From Chloroflexota bacterium (GTDB taxonomy: Bacteria > Chloroflexota > Chloroflexia > QHBQ01): a DNA stretch of 44,895 nt. Shown here one piece after another: positions 28,203-35,539 of the stretch. The stretch's first letter is position 1. The number at the start of each line of letters is the position of its first letter. The DNA lies in the NCBI GenBank assembly GCA_043754535.1, contig JAYUUN010000050.1, positions 1 to 44,895 on the forward strand. The letters run 5' to 3'. Below the pieces are notes generated by a model. It worked only from the letters and a program-made list of their open reading frames with translations, made no database searches and was not told the origin of the DNA. The position numbers and the translations under genes are program-made.

Positions 28203-28877
28203 ATGAAGAAGTTTAACGGCAAGCTATTTGCTAGCGCATTGATCGTTCTTACCTTGTTTAGCGTGTTGGCGATCAGCGTCGCTGCCCAGACCGCGCCCGC
28301 CACCAGCACCGCCAGCCCCAGCAGCGACAAGCAGGCCCAGGAGCGCATTTACCACGACCTCTATCTCGACAAGCTGGCTAGCAACCTCGGCACCACCCGC
28401 GACAAGCTGGTGGCCGCCCAGCAAGGCGCACTTAAGGACACCCTTGCCCAACAGGTTAAGGATGGCAAGCTAACCCAGGCCCAGGCCGACAAGGTGGCCG
28501 CCAATGCAGCCCTGCGCGGCGATGGGGACTTCTCTGCTCTGCGCCAGGCCCAAGCTGCCAGCCGCCATCAGGCTGCCAAGCAGTTCGGCATTATCCTCAA
28601 GGACGGCTACAAGGCAGTCGCCGATAAGCTCGGCCTGACCACAGAGCAATTGAGCAGCGAACTGAAGGACGGCAAGAGCATAGCCGACCTCGCTAAGGCA
28701 AAGGGGGTTAGCGAGAGCGACCTCAAGGCCGCCGCCGTTGCTGCTGTCAAGACCGACCTCGACAAAGCCGTAGTGGAGGGCAAGGTGACCGCAGCTCAGG
28801 AGCAGAAGTTGCTCGACCGAGTGAACAAGGCCGACCTTGCCAGGCTGTTCAAGCACAGCCACCGCGCCAAGAAGTAG
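28203..28877 (+). CDS. Secreted helical hypothetical protein
   Basis: GGAGG RBS; signal peptide ending VAA-Q; repeated VKDGKLTQAQAD / VVEGKVTAAQEQ and GKSIADLAKAKGV motifs. Confidence 0.8.
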   Translation: MKKFNGKLFASALIVLTLFSVLAISVAAQTAPATSTASPSSDKQAQERIYHDLYLDKLASNLGTTRDKLVAAQQGALKDTLAQQVKDGKLTQAQADKVAANAALRGDGDFSALRQAQAASRHQAAKQFGIILKDGYKAVADKLGLTTEQLSSELKDGKSIADLAKAKGVSESDLKAAAVAAVKTDLDKAVVEGKVTAAQEQKLLDRVNKADLARLFKHSHRAKK

Positions 28878-28895
28878 ATTGCCCAACAAAGAGCA

Positions 28896-28924
28896 AGCCC
28901 CGACTGCCACTGGCAGTCGGGGCT
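28896..28924. terminator. Perfect palindromic hairpin between convergent genes
   Basis: AGCCCCGACTGCCA-C-TGGCAGTCGGGGCT. Confidence 0.75.
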
Positions 28925-28941
28925 GCTTGTTATCCCAGCGG

Positions 28942-29298
28942 CTAAGGAGTGGGATTGGTTAGGAGAGGGGTAAGGGGCGCAGTCAGCGGTAGGGTGGTGG
29001 TGGTCGCTGGGGTTGCGCCCGGCTGCGGCGTGCCAGCCGCAGCCGGAGCAGTTGCGCTCGCGGACATCGTTATCTGGCCGCCTGCTCCCGCAGTGTACGT
29101 CGCCATCATGCTGACTTCCGCCGTGTTGCTAGCGGCAATGTCCGCGTTAGAGGTAGTGGTACCAAGTGGGATGATGTTGGTTGGTACTCCCCCAGAGCCA
29201 GTACCTGTGCCAGCTTTGCTCGTGTCGCCACAGCCAGTCAGCACTGCCAGGAGCAGGATCAGCACCAGGATCGTCTTTGTATAAGCGGGTCTATTCAC
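28942..29298 (-). CDS. Thr/Pro-rich lipoprotein
   Basis: GTG at 29298 after GAGGAG; signal peptide with lipobox LTGC. Confidence 0.75.
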   Translation of the reverse strand: MNRPAYTKTILVLILLLAVLTGCGDTSKAGTGTGSGGVPTNIIPLGTTTSNADIAASNTAEVSMMATYTAGAGGQITMSASATAPAAAGTPQPGATPATTTTLPLTAPLTPLLTNPTP

Positions 29299-29540
29299 TG
29301 CATTTTCTCCTCTACTAAGTTTGTGGTGGGCTGTTTGTCCCCAATGGTGAGGTTGGCCCATCTGCTTAGTGTCAAGGTTTGTGCCACTAATCTATCTCCG
29401 CTCTAAGCTAACCTTTTATCTTAATCGTATCCGCCGATTAGCCAACCAGCTTGCTAACCGTTGACTAAACTGCTAAAATGTAGATTAGCACAGTAAGACG
29501 CGGAGAGCAGTTGATCAGGTAGGTTGAAGGAGGAGCGAAG

Positions 29541-30194
29541 TTGAGCAAGCTACGTTTGGTTATCGCCGACGATCACGAAATCATGCGCGATGGGTTGGAG
29601 GCTCTGATTAGTACGCAAGACGACATGGATGTGGTGGGGTTGGCCTCAAATGGGCGCGAGGTAATAGAGTTGTGCAGCCAACTCAAGCCCGATGTGGTGC
29701 TGATGGATATGCAAATGCCGGTGATCAACGGGGCTGAAGCGATCAGCCGCCTGCACACTGCCGCCCCCCAGACGAAGGTGCTGATCCTGACTACTTACGA
29801 TAGCGACGAGTACATCCTTAGTGGGTTGAAGGCAGGGGCGAAGGGCTACGTGCTGAAGGACATCCCGAAGGAGGAGTTGTTCCAGGCGATCCGTATGGTC
29901 TCTCGTGGACTGGCCCTGATCCAGCCGAAGGTTGCCACCCGCTTGTTGGAGAGCATCAACACACCGCCCAACCCAGCAGTCGCCAGCGGACTCAGCGACC
30001 GCGAACTGCTGATCCTCAATCGCATCGCCAAAGGTGACCGCAACCGTGAGATCGCTGAAGACCTGGGTTTGAGCGAAAGTACAGTCAAGGCGCACGTTGC
30101 CAGCATATTCAACAAGCTGAACGCCACTGACCGCACCGAAGCGGTGACTAAAGCTCTGACCAGAGGTATCATTACGCTCAACCCTCAGCAATAG
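29541..30194 (+). CDS. NarL/LuxR family response regulator (no kinase in window)
   Basis: IADDH, DVVLMD, GYVLK receiver; LSDRE...NREIAEDLGLSESTVKAHV HTH. Confidence 0.95.
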   Translation: MSKLRLVIADDHEIMRDGLEALISTQDDMDVVGLASNGREVIELCSQLKPDVVLMDMQMPVINGAEAISRLHTAAPQTKVLILTTYDSDEYILSGLKAGAKGYVLKDIPKEELFQAIRMVSRGLALIQPKVATRLLESINTPPNPAVASGLSDRELLILNRIAKGDRNREIAEDLGLSESTVKAHVASIFNKLNATDRTEAVTKALTRGIITLNPQQ

Positions 30195-30359
30195 TCCACC
30201 CGAAAGTAGCAAGCCGAACAGGTATTTCGTCTCCTACTTGAGGATGAGATGCTGCCTTTTGCTGACCATCTGCTAGTAAGTACAGGTAGCAAGTCGGCCA
30301 TGACTGTGGCTAGCAGGTGACTAGTACCAGCCTCTGCCAAAGAAAGGTACTTTGTGGGG

Positions 30360-30479
30360 TTGACAAATCCGCCTGGCAGGTGTATGATCCTATATGTAAC
30401 ATATGGCACGGATGCCGCTTGCTGATGGTCTCGACACCACTCTACCATCTTCCGGCTTCATCCTGTGCCTCTCTTTTTG
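30360..30479 (+). ncRNA. Candidate small RNA: promoter, long hairpin and U-tract with no downstream gene
   Basis: TTGACA-17-TATGAT (30360-30388); stems GGCACGGATG/CATCCTGTGCC and GATGGT/ACCATC; then TCTCTTTTT. Confidence 0.45.
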
Positions 30480-30597
30480 CCTTGCGCCAACCCCGTGCCG
30501 CTCCAGCCCAGCCCACAAAGCAGGCATAAGAATGGCGTAGGCTGTTTATCAACAAGCCCACGCCATCAACGCCACCCATTCAGCACTACCCAGCCCT

Positions 30598-31773
30598 CTA
30601 CTGGCCGGGCTTCAGCACCACCTTGATGCACTGCTCTTGCTTGTGCTTGAAGATTTCGTAGCCGTGTGCGGCTTCGCTGAGGGGGAGAGTGTGCGTGATG
30701 ATCTCCTCCGGAGCAATGCGCCCCTGCTCGATCAGGCCCAGCAGCGTGCTGAGGTAGCGGTGAACGTGGGTCTGGCCCATGCGGAAGGTTAGCCCCTTGT
30801 TGAAAGCTGCGCCCATCGGTATCTTGTCTACCAGGCCACCGTACGCCCCTGCGAGGGAAACGATCCCCCCCTTGCGACAAGCGATTATCGCCTGGCGGAT
30901 AGCGTAAGGGCGATCAGTCTCCAGCCGCACCTTCTGCATCGCCGTATCGTACAGAGCGTCCACTGCGGTGCCGCCATGCGCTTCCAGGCCCACAGCGTCA
31001 ATGATCGCGTCGGGGCCACGCCCGCCAGTCATGTCGCGCAGGGTCTCATGGATCGGCTTCTCCTCGTAGTTGAACACTTCAGCCCCACCCTTTGCGGCGA
31101 GGGCTAGCCGCTCTGGGTAGCGGTCAACGGCAATCACCCGCTCTGCACCAAGCAGCAGGGCCGAGCGGATCGCGAATTGACCGACAGGGCCACAGCCCAG
31201 GACAGCAATCACCTGGCCTGGCTGGATGTCACAGTTCTCCGCTGCCATGTAGCCGGTGGGGAAGATATCGGTGAGAAATAGCACCTGCTCATCACTCAGG
31301 CTGGCTGGCACCTTGAAGGGGCCAACGTCGGCGAAGGGAACGCGCACGTAATCGGCTTGGCCGCCAGGGTATCCACCAAATAGATGCGAGTAGCCAAAGA
31401 TGGCCGCGGGGGTATAGCCAAACAGCTTGTCGGTGACACCAGCATTGGGGTTGGAGTTGTCGCAAAGCGACCAAAGATCGTGCTGGCAGTAGTAGCACTT
31501 GCCGCAGGAGATGGGGAAGGGAACCACTACCCGGTCACCAACTGCCAGCTTGCTGACTTCGCCCCCCACCTCAACCACCTCACCCATGAACTCGTGGCCG
31601 AGGATGTCGCCCTTCTCCATCGAGGGGATGTAGCCATTGTAGATGTGCAGGTCGCTGCCGCAGATTGCGGTGCTACTTACCTTGATGATCGCGTCACCGG
31701 AGTTGAGTATCTTTGGTTCTGCTACTTCATTAACTGCTACGCTGCCTGAGCCGAGCCACTGTAGTGCTTTCAT
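30598..31773 (-). CDS. Zinc-dependent alcohol dehydrogenase, formaldehyde dehydrogenase-like (YbdR type)
   Basis: AICGSDLH, GHEFMG, CGKCYYC...C, TDIFPTG, GCGPVG. Confidence 0.94.
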   Translation of the reverse strand: MKALQWLGSGSVAVNEVAEPKILNSGDAIIKVSSTAICGSDLHIYNGYIPSMEKGDILGHEFMGEVVEVGGEVSKLAVGDRVVVPFPISCGKCYYCQHDLWSLCDNSNPNAGVTDKLFGYTPAAIFGYSHLFGGYPGGQADYVRVPFADVGPFKVPASLSDEQVLFLTDIFPTGYMAAENCDIQPGQVIAVLGCGPVGQFAIRSALLLGAERVIAVDRYPERLALAAKGGAEVFNYEEKPIHETLRDMTGGRGPDAIIDAVGLEAHGGTAVDALYDTAMQKVRLETDRPYAIRQAIIACRKGGIVSLAGAYGGLVDKIPMGAAFNKGLTFRMGQTHVHRYLSTLLGLIEQGRIAPEEIITHTLPLSEAAHGYEIFKHKQEQCIKVVLKPGQ

Positions 31774-31893
31774 CTTCTCGCCTCCTATTTTGTCTGCTTG
31801 TCTCTAGAAAGAAGCAGGGGACGCGGTGATCGTTGCGCCCCCTGCTGATATTGCGCTCCACTTTGCCCTAAGGGGGGCTGGTGGCAAGGGGGT

Positions 31894-33672
31894 CTACTGC
31901 ACGTAGTTCTGGTCACCACTCTCGGCAGTGAGGTTGCTGATTGCACCATGCTCCATTACCTGCTTGAAGCGGTTAAGGTCTTCTTCAACCTGCTGGTTTG
32001 GCTCTGCGCCGAGCAGGCGGGCGACGAAGGCCCCCAGCGCACCGGCTGGCGGGTCGTACTTGATCAGGGTAGCGACTTCGGTCTGCTCGTCACCGAGGCT
32101 GGTGAAGCGCACCGCCCCTTCGTTGGCTACCTGCGCGTTCGGCAGGGAACGCCATGCGATGTGGTGGTTCTCCTGCTCCGCGATGATCTCCGCATCCCAC
32201 TCTACCGTCTGGCCGAGAGGAGCCTTAGCCTTCCAGTGCGAGTGCGTGTTGTCTTGTACCGTAACCGCCTCCAGGTGATTCATGAAGTGCGGTAGGTTCT
32301 CAAAGTTGCGCCAGTAGCGATAGATTTCCGCGACGGGGCGGTTGATAACCACGCTCTTTTCAACACGGATACCCTTGTCGGGGGCTACACCCTTCTGCTC
32401 GTCCTTCGCCTCCGCCTTGTTCGCCACCTTATCTGCATTGTCGGGGCTGCCAGTCTCCAGGTACTGCTTGAGGCGGGCAAGGTCTTCGGTGATCTGCTGG
32501 TTCGGTTCCTCGCCGAAGATGCGGGCAGCCAATGCACCGATTGCGCCGAGCGGTGGCGCATACTTCAGGCTAACACGCACCTCAGTGCTGGTCTGGCCCT
32601 GGGGCATGAAGCGCACTGCACCCTGGTTTGGCACCTGCGCCCCTTCTAGCGAACGCCAGGCAATGTACTCGTTCTCCTTCTCGCTGCTAACCTCTGCATC
32701 CCACTCCACGGTCTGGCCGAACGGAGCATTAGCCTTCCAGTGCGAACGGTTGCCATCCTGTACCGTGACCGACTCCAGATGGTTCATGAAGTGTGGCAGG
32801 TTGGCAAAGTTGCGCCAGAAGCTGTACACCTGAGCGACAGGCAGGTTGACCGTGACCACCTGCTCAACCTCTACCCCCTTCTGGTCGGGTAGCCCCTTCT
32901 TGTCCTCGGCCTTCTGGCCGTTGTTGGCTACCTCACCAGTCTCCATGTACTGCTTGAAGCGGCGTAGGTCTTCGTCAATCTGCTGCTCCGGCTCCTCGCC
33001 GAACAGCTTGGCGATCAACGCGCCTAGCACCCCAGCAGGCGGGTTGTACTCAAGCTCGACCTTCACCTCGGTGCCGCGATTGCCGCTGGCAGGCTGGAAC
33101 ATCACTGCCCCGGCGTTGGCGATCTGCGCATCGGGCAAAGAACGCCAGGCGATCAGGCGGTTAGCCTGCTCGTTGATGATCTCAGCATCCCACTCCACCG
33201 TCTGCCCGGCTGGAGCATTGGCAACCCAGTGAGAGCGATTGCCATTGCCGTCCATTACCTTCACTGACTTGAGGTGGTTCATGAACTGTGGCAGGTTCTC
33301 AAAGTCGCGCCAGAAGGCGTAGAGGTCTTCGACTGGGCGATTGACGGTCACGCTCTTGGAGACCTTGATGCCGCTCTTGTGTGGGATTACTGCGGAGCGG
33401 GATTGCTGCTGTTCACCAGCCGCCGTGTTGATGTTCAGGGTAGCGGAGACGTAGCAGTGGCCGGTAGCACCACGATAGATGAGGTAGCCGCCAAGAGCCG
33501 CAATGGGCAGGCTGCCAAACTTGCCACGGGCGATATTGAACAGGCTATAGGCCGCCAGTGCGCCGCCACCGATGATAGAACCAATCCGTTCTGGCTGCGA
33601 AACATTTACTGCGCTGTCTTTGAGCGAGGGGTCGTGGTCGTGTAGCCCCTGGTTGTTGCGGTCTGCATCCAT
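31894..33672 (-). CDS. YgaP/DUF2892 membrane anchor plus three tandem SRPBCC (cyclase/dehydrase) domains
   Basis: N-terminal NV...ER..S..GG...RGATGHC; three repeats of YxxWRxFxNLPxFMNHL...SHWxAxAP...VEWDAE...IAWRSL...FGEEP. Confidence 0.92.
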   Translation of the reverse strand: MDADRNNQGLHDHDPSLKDSAVNVSQPERIGSIIGGGALAAYSLFNIARGKFGSLPIAALGGYLIYRGATGHCYVSATLNINTAAGEQQQSRSAVIPHKSGIKVSKSVTVNRPVEDLYAFWRDFENLPQFMNHLKSVKVMDGNGNRSHWVANAPAGQTVEWDAEIINEQANRLIAWRSLPDAQIANAGAVMFQPASGNRGTEVKVELEYNPPAGVLGALIAKLFGEEPEQQIDEDLRRFKQYMETGEVANNGQKAEDKKGLPDQKGVEVEQVVTVNLPVAQVYSFWRNFANLPHFMNHLESVTVQDGNRSHWKANAPFGQTVEWDAEVSSEKENEYIAWRSLEGAQVPNQGAVRFMPQGQTSTEVRVSLKYAPPLGAIGALAARIFGEEPNQQITEDLARLKQYLETGSPDNADKVANKAEAKDEQKGVAPDKGIRVEKSVVINRPVAEIYRYWRNFENLPHFMNHLEAVTVQDNTHSHWKAKAPLGQTVEWDAEIIAEQENHHIAWRSLPNAQVANEGAVRFTSLGDEQTEVATLIKYDPPAGALGAFVARLLGAEPNQQVEEDLNRFKQVMEHGAISNLTAESGDQNYVQ

Positions 33673-33727
33673 GCTAGTCTTGTCCTCCTACGTTGTTTAC
33701 AATGGTCGTTGCCTACCCCCACACAAG

Positions 33728-33742
33728 GCAAATACTATGCCA
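33728..33742 (-). promoter_or_regulatory. -24/-12 (sigma54-like) motif upstream of the SRPBCC-dehydrogenase operon
   Basis: Minus strand TGGCATAGTATTTGC with GG-N10-GC spacing. Confidence 0.45.
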
Positions 33743-33789
33743 TAAGGAGAGGCACGTGGGGCAGAGAGGAGCGGCTGTGGGTAGGTGAC

Positions 33790-33829
33790 GCAAAAGAAAC
33801 GCGCCCCCTGCCTGAGCAAAGGGGCGCGT
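33790..33829 (-). terminator. Intrinsic terminator after the ACP genes
   Basis: CGCGCCCC...GGGGCGCG hairpin followed by TTTCTTTT on the minus strand. Confidence 0.75.
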
Positions 33830-33845
33830 GGTTTGGTGGTAGTGG

Positions 33846-34274
33846 TCAGGCAGCCAGGTAGCTGTTGATGTAGCTGTCGATCTTGGTCACGGCACTGCCC
33901 ATCGTGGTGATATTGGCTGCATCCTCGTCGGGAATCTTGAGGTCGCCAAAGTCAACGAAGGTATCCTCAATGCCCATCAGCAGTTCCACCATGTCGAGCG
34001 AGTCGGCACCGAGTTCCTGGAAGGAGGTCTCCGCCGTCAGCTTGCTGCTATCCTTGACCTTCAGCACGTCGGTAGCGACGGTACCCAGCAGGTTGAGGAT
34101 CAAGCCCTGCCGGTCGAGGCCAGCAATGTCGCCCTCGCTTGCGCCATGTTTGATTGCCAGGCGGTGAAGTAGCTGATTGGCGAGTTCTTCCTTGCCCATG
34201 TCCCCAGTTTCACTCTCGGCTACCCCATACTTGCTGGTCAGTACGTCCTTCAGATGGTCGGTTGCGTTAGCCAT
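33846..34274 (-). CDS. acpP: Acyl carrier protein with N-terminal repeated extension
   Basis: ATG after [20 protein letters not shown] phosphopantetheine motif; about 60 extra N-terminal residues. Confidence 0.88.
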   Translation of the reverse strand: MANATDHLKDVLTSKYGVAESETGDMGKEELANQLLHRLAIKHGASEGDIAGLDRQGLILNLLGTVATDVLKVKDSSKLTAETSFQELGADSLDMVELLMGIEDTFVDFGDLKIPDEDAANITTMGSAVTKIDSYINSYLAA

Positions 34275-34344
34275 TCTTCGATCCTCTCCTTGTTGCTGCA
34301 CGTTGGCAGCCGGTTTAGTGGTTCCGCCCTCGCGGGGGAGTGGG

Positions 34345-34599
34345 CTACAGTTCGGCTTTGTCCACGATGTAGTCTACCATATCCTGCACGGTAGTGAGTT
34401 CGCGGTAGTGGGCCGGTTCGATCTCGATCTGGAACTGCTCCTCGATCTCTGGGAAGACTTCCTCGTAGAGTTCAAGCGGCTCCGTGTCGAAGTCCTCAGC
34501 GAAAGCCGAGGCGCGGCTGATGCTGCTGGTCGGCACGCCAGTCTGTTCGGCGAGCAAGCGGCGGAGCTTGTGGTAAGTCTGTTCATAAAGGTCAGCCAC
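34345..34599 (-). CDS. ACP-like protein lacking the phosphopantetheine serine
   Basis: ACP-length acidic protein with [20 protein letters not shown], but EDFDTEPL replaces EDLGADSL. Confidence 0.8.
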   Translation of the reverse strand: MADLYEQTYHKLRRLLAEQTGVPTSSISRASAFAEDFDTEPLELYEEVFPEIEEQFQIEIEPAHYRELTTVQDMVDYIVDKAEL

Positions 34600-35180
34600 T
34601 AGCTCTCACCTGGATCGCTCTGCTGGCTGGCTGTCGCGTACTTGCGGCGGTAGCGATCAACCTTGCCTGCCACATTGCCCAGCACTCCATTGATGAAGCG
34701 GCTAGAGCTGTCGCTGCCGAAGCACTTGCCCAGTTCCACCGCGTCGTCGATGACGATGGCGGGTTTGGTCTCGTTGCCAAAGATGATCTCGTGGATGGCG
34801 ATCCGCAGCACGTTGCGATCCACCTTCGGCATCTGAGCGGCAGGCCAGTCGGGAGCGGCGGCGGCGATGATTTCGGCCAACGCCTTGTCCCTTGCGGCCA
34901 CGCCTTCGATCAGTTCACGGGCGAAGGTGCGGCCTGCCTCGTCCAGTAGACCGCTTTCGATACCGAGGAACAGTTCGGCGCAAGGAGCCTTGCCGCCCAG
35001 AGCTTCCTTGTCCACCATCTCCACGTCAGCGGTGGCCTCATTCATAATTGCGCTGTCTACCCCCTCGCTGAGGTAGCGTTCAAGCACGCTGGCTGGCTCG
35101 TGGCCCACCAGGTCGGCCTCGTAGAGAGTTAGCATGGCTACCATTCGGGCCAGGCGGCGTTGGATCACAGGGCTGCTCAA
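34599..35180 (-). CDS. nusB: Transcription antitermination factor NusB
   Basis: RRLAR..A...LYE, VDRNVLR, DAVELGKCFG..SSRFINGVLG. Confidence 0.93.
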   Translation of the reverse strand: MSSPVIQRRLARMVAMLTLYEADLVGHEPASVLERYLSEGVDSAIMNEATADVEMVDKEALGGKAPCAELFLGIESGLLDEAGRTFARELIEGVAARDKALAEIIAAAAPDWPAAQMPKVDRNVLRIAIHEIIFGNETKPAIVIDDAVELGKCFGSDSSSRFINGVLGNVAGKVDRYRRKYATASQQSDPGES

Positions 35181-35182
35181 CT

Positions 35183-35530
35183 TTAGCCTTCCACATCCTC
35201 AACATAGACGTTGACTGCCTCGACTGGCATCCCCACCATCTTGATCAGAGCCTCTGTCACCTGCTGCTGCACCTCGTTGCCCACCTTTCGCATATTGGTC
35301 TCTGGCATAACCACGATGTACAGATCGGCAGTCACCTGGTTGTCGCGCACCTTGACGCGCACGCCCGGCTCGTTCTGGGCTACATTGCGCGAGAGGTTGA
35401 CCCCATGCCCGCCCTGCCCCAGGTGAGCGACCCCGGCTACGCTCTGCGCGGTGAGGCGGACGATAGTAGCCAGCACTTGCGGGGCAATGCGGATGGTGCC
35501 GATGGGCTGGCCTTGCTGCTCTGTAGTCAT
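35183..35530 (-). CDS. Asp23/Gls24 family protein (YqhY-like)
   Basis: GTIRIAPQVLATI, GVRVKV, MVGMPVEAVNVYVEDV; conserved accC-asp23-nusB order. Confidence 0.9.
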   Translation of the reverse strand: MTTEQQGQPIGTIRIAPQVLATIVRLTAQSVAGVAHLGQGGHGVNLSRNVAQNEPGVRVKVRDNQVTADLYIVVMPETNMRKVGNEVQQQVTEALIKMVGMPVEAVNVYVEDVEG

Positions 35531-35539
35531 CTATCTCTC

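Noticed and set aside
30403..30540. 45-codon ORF downstream of the orphan promoter
   Set aside because: No SD sequence, it crosses the hairpin and U-tract, and the peptide is unrecognisable; the RNA interpretation fits better
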